Assembly: GCA_012729595.1 (NCBI GenBank)
Contig: JAAYCU010000322.1
Location: 5,859 to 69,858, forward strand
Direction: 5' to 3'
Length of the DNA stretch: 64,000 nt
DNA from: Phycisphaerales bacterium
GTDB lineage: Bacteria; Planctomycetota; Phycisphaerae; UBA1845; PWPN01
Part shown: positions 1-9,097 of the stretch, in pieces
Layout of the letters: every line of letters starts with the position of its first letter
Numbering within the stretch: the first letter of the stretch is position 1
Translations under genes and position numbers: made by a program
The notes under the pieces: generated by a model
Told to the model about the DNA's origin: nothing
The model's database searches: none
Seen by the model: only the letters and a program-made list of their open reading frames with translations

Positions 1-358
<358 letters not shown>

Positions 359-1282
359 TTACGTGCTCTCAACTCCGATGCGCGGGTCGAACCAGCCGTA
401 GGCGATATCCACCAGCAGGTTGAAAAACACGATCAGGCCGCTGAAGACCATGACGACGCCCATTACCAGCATCTGGTCCTTGTTGAGCACGCTCTGCACG
501 AAATGCGTGCCCATCCCGGGGATGTTGAAAACCTTCTCGACCACGAACGAGCCGGTCATGATCCAGGCGGCGGCCGGTCCGAGAAAACTGAGCACGGGTA
601 GAAAGGCGTTCTTCAGGGCGTGCTTCCAGATTACGGTCGGCGGCGAGCAGCCCTTGGCCTGGGCGGTGCGGATATAATCGCTTCCGAGGATATCCAACAT
701 ACCCAGCCGCGTCAGCCGGGTGATGTAGGCCATGTACGGCAGCGACAGGGCGACACCCGGCAGGGCGATTTGCCCCAGCGTTCCCCACCCTCCGACCGGG
801 GCCCAGGACAGCATTACGCCGAACACGATCAGCAGGCCGGCCGCCACCACGAACGAGGGCACCGAGATGCCCACGATCGCGATCAGCATCGTCGCGTAAT
901 CCATCCAGCCGTAGCGGTACACCGCCCCGGCCACGCCGAACAACACCCCGAAGACCAAGGCCAGCGAAAGCGCCCACAAACCCAGCGACACCGAGACCGG
1001 CAGACTGTGGGCGATGATCTGATTGCACGTCCAGTCGCGGTAATTCAACGATTCGCCGAAGTCCAGACGGCTCATGCGCCCCAGATATCGCCAGTAAAAC
1101 GACCAGTTGTCCTCCATGCCGTAGCGCTGACGCAGGGCCTGCTCGAGCACCGGCGACATCTGCCGCCCCTCCTGGGCGAACGGATTGCCCGGCATGATCA
1201 TGACCAGAACGAAAGTGACCGTATAGATCGCCCAGAGTACGATCAGACCCTGCGCCAGTCGAGCGATGATGCGTCCAGTCAT
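359..1282 (-). CDS. ABC transporter permease, OppB/DppB-type (peptide/nickel family)
   Basis: 307-aa ORF that is polytopic and hydrophobic. The C-terminal signature is DYIRTAQAKGCSPPTVIWKHALKNAFLPVLSFLG...VVEKVFNIPGMG...LLVDIAYGWFDPRI, typical of binding-protein-dependent inner-membrane components. Its ATG overlaps the upstream stop as ATGA at 1279-1282. Confidence 0.85.
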   Translation of the reverse strand: MTGRIIARLAQGLIVLWAIYTVTFVLVMIMPGNPFAQEGRQMSPVLEQALRQRYGMEDNWSFYWRYLGRMSRLDFGESLNYRDWTCNQIIAHSLPVSVSLGLWALSLALVFGVLFGVAGAVYRYGWMDYATMLIAIVGISVPSFVVAAGLLIVFGVMLSWAPVGGWGTLGQIALPGVALSLPYMAYITRLTRLGMLDILGSDYIRTAQAKGCSPPTVIWKHALKNAFLPVLSFLGPAAAWIMTGSFVVEKVFNIPGMGTHFVQSVLNKDQMLVMGVVMVFSGLIVFFNLLVDIAYGWFDPRIGVEST

Positions 1283-3045
1283 TCAAGCACCTCGATCGGC
1301 CACAACGGCGACATCTGTCGCGGGGAAATGTGCAGATTCCTGACCCGGTCCGGATCGAAGGCCTCCACGTAAACATAGTTATACAAGGGCAACAAAGGCA
1401 GGGCTTCCTCGACCAGATAACGTTCGACATCGGCCAGGGCCGCCAGCCGTTCGCCCTCGTCGAGACGCGGGTCCGCTTCCTCCAGCATCCGGTCATAGAC
1501 CGGATCGCTGAACTTCGAGTCGTTGTTGCCGTTGTCGGTCTTGAACATCTCCAGAAACGTCGTCGGATCGTTATAATCGCCGAACCAGCCCGCCCGGGCG
1601 ATTATGTAGCGCGCGTTTTTCTTGTCATCGAGGAAGGTCTTGCCTTCCTTGCCTTCGATGCGCCCCGTTACGCCGAGGGTACGCGACCACATGCCGATAA
1701 TGGCCTCGGCAACCAGGCCGTGGTCGAAACCCGTATTGTACAGGATGACCACTTCGGGAAAGCCCCGGCCCTCCGGAAAGCCGGCCTCGGCCAGCAGGGC
1801 CCGCGCCATGGACGGATCGTAAGGTAGCCCGGCGACCTCGGGATAGCCGGGTATGGTTTCCGGCGGCACGAAGGCGGTGGCCACCGGATTACCCAGCCGG
1901 ATCACCTGGTCCACCAGAGACTGTTTATCGACGGCCATCGTGAACGCCCGGCGTACGCGCGGATCGACGAAGGGGTTAGGCCGTCCGTCCGGCAGCGTGG
2001 GCCGGCAGTTGAAGTTGTAAAAGTACGTGCCGAACGCGCTATGGGCATGGATGTCGTTTCGCCTTGTCCCGTGTTTGTTGAGGGATATCTCGAACGGTGA
2101 AGAACTATCGGTGACCAGGGTCGGGGCGTATACCGTGCGCACCGTGCTGAGCCAGTCAAGCTGGCCGCCCGAATAGAGCAGCCAGGCGGTGTTGCCGTCC
2201 TCCACCTGTCGTTCCATGACCCGATTCAGCCGGACCGCCGAACGGTTCCAGTAAAGGGGGTTCTTCTCCAGGAGGATATGCTGCTTGAATTTCCACTCGG
2301 TCATCTTGAACGGGCCGTTGTAATGCGTGTTGCCCGGCTTGACCCATTGTTCGTCGTAATAAATCAGCCCTGTATCGCCCACGATTTTGTAGGGATGGAT
2401 GGATTCCCGGTGGACCGGCAGAAAAGTCGCGAAAGCGCAAAGGTCGAGAAAATAAGCCACCGGCCGGGTCAGTCGAATGGAGAGAGTTTTTTCGTCCTCG
2501 GCGCGTATGCCGACGGTCTGAGCGAAACGCCGGTCGGCCTCGGCCAGATGGGTATCGCGGGCCGCCCGTTTTTGCCCCGCATCCGCGATGCCCCCGATCC
2601 GCTCGGTCTCCGCCAGCCGCCAGGCTACATATTCCCGCACGCCCTCGATCATCTCGAAGAAAAAGGCATAGTCACGGGCGGTCCCCGGCTCCATCGCCCG
2701 CCGCCAGCCATAGACAAAGTCCTCGGCCGTCAGCAGATCGCCGTTGCTCCAGCGTGCTTCCGGGCGAAGGCTAAAGGTGTACGTGCATCGATCGTCGCTG
2801 ATCTCCGCGGGGAAGGACGAGGCGGGGACGGCCAGGATGGTCCGCGGATCGTAGGCGTAAAGCCCTTCCCAGACGTTGAGGGCCATGTGGATGTCCTGGT
2901 GCCAACTCATCGCCGCCGGGTCGAGCGTGCCGATGATCCCCCCGTTGCAGTAGGTAAAATCGACCTCCGGCCCGGCTCCGGCCGAGAAATACCATACCCC
3001 TGCGAACGCTCCCATCAGCAGCAGGATGATGACCAGGTATCGCAT
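1279..3045 (-). CDS. ABC transporter substrate-binding protein, family 5 (OppA/DppA-like)
   Basis: 588-aa ORF with an N-terminal hydrophobic signal (MRYLVIILLLMGAFAGVW). Family-5 SBP-like blocks are present: RWSNGDLLTAEDFVYGWRRAMEPGT and NPLYWN. It is translationally coupled to the permease. Confidence 0.85.
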   Translation of the reverse strand: MRYLVIILLLMGAFAGVWYFSAGAGPEVDFTYCNGGIIGTLDPAAMSWHQDIHMALNVWEGLYAYDPRTILAVPASSFPAEISDDRCTYTFSLRPEARWSNGDLLTAEDFVYGWRRAMEPGTARDYAFFFEMIEGVREYVAWRLAETERIGGIADAGQKRAARDTHLAEADRRFAQTVGIRAEDEKTLSIRLTRPVAYFLDLCAFATFLPVHRESIHPYKIVGDTGLIYYDEQWVKPGNTHYNGPFKMTEWKFKQHILLEKNPLYWNRSAVRLNRVMERQVEDGNTAWLLYSGGQLDWLSTVRTVYAPTLVTDSSSPFEISLNKHGTRRNDIHAHSAFGTYFYNFNCRPTLPDGRPNPFVDPRVRRAFTMAVDKQSLVDQVIRLGNPVATAFVPPETIPGYPEVAGLPYDPSMARALLAEAGFPEGRGFPEVVILYNTGFDHGLVAEAIIGMWSRTLGVTGRIEGKEGKTFLDDKKNARYIIARAGWFGDYNDPTTFLEMFKTDNGNNDSKFSDPVYDRMLEEADPRLDEGERLAALADVERYLVEEALPLLPLYNYVYVEAFDPDRVRNLHISPRQMSPLWPIEVLE

Positions 3046-3085
3046 GATGAAAGACCGCCAAGGTCGTTGTCCGGGGAGTGTTCGC

Positions 3086-4135
3086 CTACAACTCCACGGT
3101 CTGGCCCGTCTGGGCCGACCGGTAAATCGCCAGAATGATCTCTACCGACTTACGGGCCTCGTGGCCGGAAATCGTCGGTTCCCTATTCTGTTCGATCGCT
3201 TCCAGGAAGTCGGCGAAGTTGGCCCGGTGATTGTCCGGAATCAGGCCGGCCTTGGGGTCGGACGCGCCTACCGAGGCCGCCGGAAAATGCACATGCTCGC
3301 GGCGGATGGCCTCGTCCTCCGGTTTTTCGTCGGCGAACTGCCAGAAGAAAAACGAATTGTCCGCGATGGCCACCGTGCCGCGGTCGCCGGAAATCTCGAT
3401 CGTGCGAAAATGCCCCGGCCACATGCTCGTCGTGCAGGCGATTGTCCCCAACGCTCCATTGGCGAATTCGAGCGTCGCCGAGGCCGTATCCTCTACCTCG
3501 ATCCGCTCGTGGGCCAGAATCTTGGTGAACGCATGAATCTTTTTGACCGGACCCATCAGCCATTGCAGCATGTCGATGGTGTGGATGCCCTGATTCATCA
3601 GCGCTCCACCGCCGTCCATGGCCCATGTGCCTCTCCAGCCGCCTTTGTCGTAATAGCTCTGATCCCGCCACCAGGGGCCGTAAGCCAAACCGAACGTCAA
3701 GCGGCCGAACCGCCCTTGATCCACCGCCTGTTTCGCCAGCTTCGCCGTATGGTCGTAACGCATATTGAAAACACCGCCCACCTTGGTGCCGGCCTTGGCG
3801 TGGGCCTCGATCATGCGATCGATTTTTTCCAGACTGATGTCGATCGGTTTTTCCACGATGCAGTGCTTGCCGTATCTGGCCGCGGCGATGGCGTTCTCCG
3901 CGTGCAGCCCGCTGGGGGTGGCGACGGTCACAACGTCGAGGTCGTCTCGTGACATAAACTTGTCCAGCTCGCATTCGCTCTGGCAGCCGTAACGCTTGCC
4001 GAACGCCTCGGCCGCCCCGGGTACGTTGTCGCAGATGCTCACCAGCTCCGCGTTGGGCAGCCCTTTGATCGCCTCGGCATGTATCCCGCCGATCATCCCC
4101 GCACCGATAATTCCAAACCCGTACTTCTTTGCCAT
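3086..4135 (-). CDS. Gfo/Idh/MocA family NAD(P)-dependent oxidoreductase
   Basis: The ORF 3086..4189 contains an internal start, MAKKYGFGIIGAGMIGGIHAEAI (Rossmann GxGxxG), at 4135. That start is preceded by AAGGAG with a 7-nt spacer. The EKP motif (CIVEKPI) is typical of the family. Confidence 0.8.
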   Translation of the reverse strand: MAKKYGFGIIGAGMIGGIHAEAIKGLPNAELVSICDNVPGAAEAFGKRYGCQSECELDKFMSRDDLDVVTVATPSGLHAENAIAAARYGKHCIVEKPIDISLEKIDRMIEAHAKAGTKVGGVFNMRYDHTAKLAKQAVDQGRFGRLTFGLAYGPWWRDQSYYDKGGWRGTWAMDGGGALMNQGIHTIDMLQWLMGPVKKIHAFTKILAHERIEVEDTASATLEFANGALGTIACTTSMWPGHFRTIEISGDRGTVAIADNSFFFWQFADEKPEDEAIRREHVHFPAASVGASDPKAGLIPDNHRANFADFLEAIEQNREPTISGHEARKSVEIILAIYRSAQTGQTVEL

Positions 4136-4296
4136 TATCTCACTCCTTGCCGATACTCTCGAACTCCGAGCCCCCGGCGACCTGTCCATGCGGCACCGCT
4201 GTTAAGGTACCGGTCGCTCAGCCCCACCTGTCGAGCGGAGGGCCAGGTCGAACGATAGGCTCACGATGGGCCGTTCGCCATCGCATTCATAAGGTT

Positions 4297-4503
4297 TTAG
4301 GGTTTCTTGCTCAATCGCAACCAATTTCGCCGCAGGCGATCGCGCAGGCGCTCGTTCATCCGCACGCCCAGACGCTGCGTATTCGATTCAAAGTTCATCC
4401 GTTTCATTCGCTGGGCGAGGTCTTTCTCCGCGTCCGGTTCCGGCGACCAGCGGATCGCCCAGAAGATTATGCGGGTCAGCCATCTTTGCCGGTTGATAAT
4501 CAT
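4297..4503 (-). CDS. Small basic hypothetical protein (68 aa), possibly translationally coupled to the upstream gene
   Basis: Internal ATG of ORF 4297..4581. This ATG (4503-4501) overlaps the TGA stop (4502-4500) of the 208-aa gene as ATGA. Third codon positions are mostly G/C by hand count, like the neighbouring genes. The sequence is MIINRQRWLTRIIFWAIRWSPEPDAEKDLAQRMKRMNFESNTQRLGVRMNERLRDRLRRNWLRLSKKP. No family was recognised. Confidence 0.35.
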   Translation of the reverse strand: MIINRQRWLTRIIFWAIRWSPEPDAEKDLAQRMKRMNFESNTQRLGVRMNERLRDRLRRNWLRLSKKP

Positions 4504-5126
4504 GCCAGTTTGCGTTGTACAGGGTTGTGTACGTCGGCTAGAACCTGCTCCGCCGAACGGGAGCGATTCGCGGACGGCCACAACTGCCGGCGCTCGCTCA
4601 CCATCGGCTGGGCCGTGTAATAATCCGTTACCTGGCTGATTCCCCCCTCCACCCGGTCTCCGCCCTCGAAATGGATATCATTCAGCCAGTCAGACACCTC
4701 ATCCGTATATTCCGCAGGGAAAATGATCGCCGTCAGGTACGAGCGTGGCGTGCCTTCAAGTACGGCCAGATGCATTTTTGTCCGGCACGGCGGCGGTGTC
4801 TTCGACGCCAGGCGGTCTATTTCCATAAAATCGCTCAGGGCCGTCTCGGCGTCGCCGCGATAGAAAAACAGCCCGTCCTCCATGAGAAACTTTTCCCGGG
4901 CCACGCCCTGCAACTCCATCGTGCCGTCCGGCAGGGCCCGGTGGATGCGATAAACCTTGCCCTCCGCGTAACGCTCCGATTCCAGCAGCATGGCGATTTC
5001 CTCGGCCGTATAGCCGACCGCCACCTGCCCGCCGAAATCGAAGATATACAGGCCCGTATAGCGTTCCGGAGATTCGAGTTGAGGAATTTTCATGGTCTGG
5101 TTCATTCCGGATAAGGCAGCTTTCAT
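4500..5126 (-). CDS. Hypothetical protein (208 aa), no family recognised
   Basis: Long ORF on the same strand, 22 nt downstream of the rnk-like gene. No motif was recognised. The start is uncertain, with several in-frame Met in the first 12 codons. Confidence 0.55.
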   Translation of the reverse strand: MKAALSGMNQTMKIPQLESPERYTGLYIFDFGGQVAVGYTAEEIAMLLESERYAEGKVYRIHRALPDGTMELQGVAREKFLMEDGLFFYRGDAETALSDFMEIDRLASKTPPPCRTKMHLAVLEGTPRSYLTAIIFPAEYTDEVSDWLNDIHFEGGDRVEGGISQVTDYYTAQPMVSERRQLWPSANRSRSAEQVLADVHNPVQRKLA

Positions 5127-5148
5127 GTAGTGCGCCCAGGTTCTTCTG

Positions 5149-5562
5149 TCATAAATGATAGTCGCCGGCCGCTTCCGGCTGATAGAGCAACTCTTCCACC
5201 TTCAAATTTACAACCTTATCGTCGGCCTTCCAGCGCAGGGTATCGCCCACGCGAAAGCCCAGTACGGCCGTACCCAGCGGCGAGAGAACGGAAACCTGGT
5301 CCGGCCCCCCTTCCGGGCCGTCCGGGAACACCAGCGTAAAAACCTGCTCCTCGCCGGTATCCACGTCCCGTACCCTGATTTTTGAGTTCATGGTCACCAC
5401 GTCCGCCGGGACTTCCTGCGATCGAACGATCTTGGCTCGATCCAACTCCTGCTCCAACTGGTGTAGATGCTCGTCGTTCTCCGCGGCGGCTACCGCCTTA
5501 GTCAGCATCCGGCCCAACCGGTTCATATCCTGTACCGTAATATAAATATTCCGCGCGGCCAT
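5149..5562 (-). CDS. rnk: GreA/GreB-family regulator, Rnk-like (regulator of nucleoside diphosphate kinase)
   Basis: The start MAARNIYITVQDMNRLGRML at 5562 is preceded by AAGGAG plus 7 nt. The C-terminal block VTMNSKIRVRDVDTGEEQVFTLVFPDG...VSVLSPLGTAVLGFRVGDTLRW matches the GreA/Rnk C-terminal domain pattern. Confidence 0.75.
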   Translation of the reverse strand: MAARNIYITVQDMNRLGRMLTKAVAAAENDEHLHQLEQELDRAKIVRSQEVPADVVTMNSKIRVRDVDTGEEQVFTLVFPDGPEGGPDQVSVLSPLGTAVLGFRVGDTLRWKADDKVVNLKVEELLYQPEAAGDYHL

Positions 5563-5690
5563 TGTCTTACTCCTTCTCGCGAGCGGCACGTTCCTCTAGA
5601 GTTGTTCGTGCAGGTTCTCGTAATCCTGTCATTCGGTATTGTACACTATTTTCAGCTTGGCCACCGAATGTGCACAAAGAACAGTGGCTT

Positions 5691-6950
5691 TCAAATCTCG
5701 CCCCCCGCGACTTCCAGCCGGGCGAACTTCCGTTTTCCACGCTGCAGGATGTCGCCCGTCTTGATTGGTAACAGGGCCATCGCGTCGGTCACCAGCTCGC
5801 CGTTAAGACGCAGACCGTTTTCCTTTATCAGTCGACGTACTTCGCTATTACTCTCGGCGAAACCGCAATGCACCGCCAGCCGGATAACCGGTACGCGGCC
5901 GTCATCCATCAGGTCTTTGCCGACGGCCAGCGTCGGGGTGTCCTCGGGGATTACCAGGCCGCCGGTAGCCGCCTTTTTCTGGTGAATCTGTTCCCATTCG
6001 CTCCGGGCTCGCTCGGCATCTACCGCTGCATGAAAGCCGGCCATGATCTCCATGGCCATGCGTTTCTTGGCTTCCATCGGATGTGTCTGGTTCGCATCGG
6101 TTATAAGGCGAATATCGCTGTCCGGAACCGAGGTCAGCAAGGTCAAATAGTTGCTCATGCACTCGTCCGGTATGCTCATCAACTTGCCGAACATATCATG
6201 GGTCGACTCGGTGACCCCGACGTAATTGCCTAGAGATTTGCTCATCTTCTCCTGGCCGTCGAGTCCCACCAGGATGGGCATGACCATGACTACCTGCGGC
6301 TCCTGACCTGCATCCCGCTGAAGATCACGGCCGACCAGGTTGTTGAACGTCTGATCCGTACCGCCCAGCTCGACATCGGACTCGATGCATACGCTGTCCC
6401 AGCCCTGCATCAGCGGGTAGAGCAACTCATGTACGCCGATGGGCACCTCGGCCTTGAACCGTTTGGCGAAATCGTCGCGCTTGAGCATCTGTCCGACGGT
6501 CATCTGGCCGGCCAGCCGGATCACGTCCGCGAAATCCATCTTCTCCAGCCATTCGCTGTTGTAGCGGATCTCCAGCTTGGACCGCGAGGTGTCCAACACG
6601 CGGCCGGCCTGCTCGAAATAGGTTTTTGCGTTGGCCTTGATATCCTTCGAATCCAGCACTGGGCGGGTTTTGCTTCGACCAGATGGATCGCCGATCCGGG
6701 CTGTATAGTCCCCGATAATCAGCACCGCCTTGTGCCCTAAATCTTGAAATTGACGCATCTTGCGCAGGACAACGGTATGCCCGAGATGGATATCCGGGGC
6801 CGTCGGATCCAATCCGAGCTTGATCCGCAACGGCTTATTAAGCTCTCGCGACCGTCCCAGCTTGCGGCGCAGATCGTCCAGGGTTTCGATCCGCTCGCAG
6901 CCGCGAGTTAAAACCTGTAGTTGTTCTTCAATGCTGGCGAAACTCGTCAT
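5691..6950 (-). CDS. tyrS: Tyrosine--tRNA ligase
   Basis: HIGH motif (DIHLGHTV), KMSKS motif (KMSKSLGN), and a C-terminal S4-like domain (SEVRRLIKENGLRLNGELV). Confidence 0.95.
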   Translation of the reverse strand: MTSFASIEEQLQVLTRGCERIETLDDLRRKLGRSRELNKPLRIKLGLDPTAPDIHLGHTVVLRKMRQFQDLGHKAVLIIGDYTARIGDPSGRSKTRPVLDSKDIKANAKTYFEQAGRVLDTSRSKLEIRYNSEWLEKMDFADVIRLAGQMTVGQMLKRDDFAKRFKAEVPIGVHELLYPLMQGWDSVCIESDVELGGTDQTFNNLVGRDLQRDAGQEPQVVMVMPILVGLDGQEKMSKSLGNYVGVTESTHDMFGKLMSIPDECMSNYLTLLTSVPDSDIRLITDANQTHPMEAKKRMAMEIMAGFHAAVDAERARSEWEQIHQKKAATGGLVIPEDTPTLAVGKDLMDDGRVPVIRLAVHCGFAESNSEVRRLIKENGLRLNGELVTDAMALLPIKTGDILQRGKRKFARLEVAGGEI

Positions 6951-7295
6951 CCTCTATTCCTCTCAATAATAATGGAATGCTCATGCTATACCCGTCCACC
7001 GGCTGATTCAAGGGGCTGTGTCAGAGTGATCCGTCTGCGTGGTCGCAATATGCCGACCACTGTTCACTGAAAACTGGTCACTCTCCCCAGCCCGTTGTCC
7101 CTCGGAGGGGTATGTTGATCCGTCAATGACGAGTTCTCTTGCACACATTATATGCCTGGGATATAGTCCCTGCCTGCGAAATTGTATGTCAACTGTGATC
7201 CGGAGCCCAGCCGGTTGAATGACGTTGAGGCCGCCATGGTTGACAGTTCCCACGACTTATTCACGCACATCCGGCGGTCGCCGGGGAGATGAACC

Positions 7296-8621
7296 ATGAA
7301 CGTATTGCTGCTGGTCTCATGTCTGTCATTAATGCCCAACGCAACCTATGAAGCGACCTGGGAAAGCATTGACAGCCGTCCGAACCCCGAGTGGTTCGCC
7401 GACGCCAAGTTCGGCATATTCATTCACTGGGGAATCTATGCCGTGCCGGCGTGGGGGCCCAAGGACCGCTACGCGGAATGGTATTGGAATCATATGCAGA
7501 AAAAGGAAAGTCCGACCTGGAAATTTCACATGGAGACCTATGGCGAGAAGTTTTTCTACCAGGATTTCGCGCCCCTGTTCAAGGCGGAGCTGTATGATCC
7601 CGAGTTCTGGGTCAAGCTGTTCGAGCGGGCCGGGGCTCGCTACGTGGTGTTGACCTCCAAGCATCACGACGGGTTTAGCATGTGGCCGGACCCCCATAAT
7701 TGGAACTGGAACTGCATGGACATCGGTCCCCATCGGGATTTAGCCGGCGAATTGATCGAAGCGGGTCGAAAAAGGGGACTCAAAATGGGGTTGTACTATT
7801 CTCTGTATGAATGGTTCAACCCGGTGTACCTATCGAATGTGCGCGCCTACGTGGATACCTACATGCTGCCGCAACTGAAAGACCTGGTCGAGCGTTATCG
7901 TCCGGATATCATCTGGCCGGACGGAGAATGGGAGCATCCCAGTGACACCTGGCGCAGCACCGAATTTTTGGCCTGGCTGTTCAACGAGTCCTCCGCGCCG
8001 AAGGATATCGTAATTAATGATCGGTGGGGCAAGGAGTGCCGCTCGCGGCACGGCGGGTTTGCCACGCCCGAGTATCAACACCGTGCCGACGGCCCGTTGA
8101 TGGACGCCGGCCGCTTCGAGGAATGTCAGGGGATGGGGCAATCCTTCGGCTACAACCGTAATGAAGACGCCGAGAGTTACCGCAGTGCTACCCAACTGTT
8201 ACATGTGCTGATCGACATCGTTAGTCGGGGCGGCAACCTGTTGTTGAACGTCGGCCCGTCCGCGGACGGGCGCATACCGATCATCATGCAGCAGCGCCTG
8301 CTGGACATGGGTGCTTGGCTAGAGGTCAACGGAGAGGCCATTTACGGCACTCGCCCTCTGGCAGACGCGCCGCAACTGGAGAATGTCCGGTTTACCACCA
8401 AGCCGGAGGCCCTATACGCGATATGTCTGACCTGGCCCGGCGAATCCATCGTGCTTCCGAAAGTGGCGGCCGGGGCTTCCAAGGTTACCGCCAGCCTGCT
8501 GGGATATGAGCCGTCCTTAAAGGCCCGGATCGAGGGAGATGCCGTTCATGTTGACATCCCCTGTATCCCGATCGACAAAATGCCTTGCCAGCATGCCTAT
8601 GTCCTCAAGATTCAGTGGTAG
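7296..8621 (+). CDS. Alpha-L-fucosidase (GH29)
   Basis: The N-terminal GH29 block is PEWFADAKFGIFIHWGIYAVPAWG...YAEWYW, followed by LTSKHHDGFSMWPD. GGGGAG lies 7 nt before the ATG. A short hydrophobic N-terminus suggests export. Confidence 0.9.
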   Translation: MNVLLLVSCLSLMPNATYEATWESIDSRPNPEWFADAKFGIFIHWGIYAVPAWGPKDRYAEWYWNHMQKKESPTWKFHMETYGEKFFYQDFAPLFKAELYDPEFWVKLFERAGARYVVLTSKHHDGFSMWPDPHNWNWNCMDIGPHRDLAGELIEAGRKRGLKMGLYYSLYEWFNPVYLSNVRAYVDTYMLPQLKDLVERYRPDIIWPDGEWEHPSDTWRSTEFLAWLFNESSAPKDIVINDRWGKECRSRHGGFATPEYQHRADGPLMDAGRFEECQGMGQSFGYNRNEDAESYRSATQLLHVLIDIVSRGGNLLLNVGPSADGRIPIIMQQRLLDMGAWLEVNGEAIYGTRPLADAPQLENVRFTTKPEALYAICLTWPGESIVLPKVAAGASKVTASLLGYEPSLKARIEGDAVHVDIPCIPIDKMPCQHAYVLKIQW

Positions 8622-9097
8622 CCTGCATATCGGACGAAGAGGGCACTATCGGGCGGAGAACGGTGCCGACAAGAGTTTGTGCCGACAGGATTTTATTTTT
8701 GGCGCGAGTCATTTTGTGTTGGCCGATCGGATCGGCGGTGGTCTATCGTGTAAATAAACTGGGAGTTGATTCGCCCATCATAAGGCGCCGCCTTTGAGGC
8801 TATTATCGGCCTGGTTGGCGTGTTCTTGATTGGCCCTTCTCAATAGTGGTAATATCGAATTGCCAGGATATTTTTCCAAGGCATCCTTTGTTTACGCTGG
8901 CCACTTCGGTTGACGATACAAACGGCACAGGTCGTGGAATGTGTTTCGGATTACCGCGGATACCAGCCGAGGGTCTGGGACTTTCCAGCGAGGCGAAGTG
9001 CAGCCGCCGGTCGGCTGCGCCCGTTGGTGGACGGTGGTTTGTCAGGTAGGCCGTCCGAATGCATGTCCTTGGCGGTCTTAACGAGGCTGAATCGGGA

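Noticed and set aside
369-1496. 375-aa minus-strand ORF, plus other long alternative-frame or antisense ORFs (620..1372, 11148..12143, 17356..18375, 19541..20443, 25215..26075, 39476..40396, 54632..55396, 18336..19226)
   Set aside because: Each overlaps a gene whose product has recognisable family motifs. Their own translations are Arg/Gly/Pro/Ala-rich with no motifs. This is the expected artefact of high GC content.
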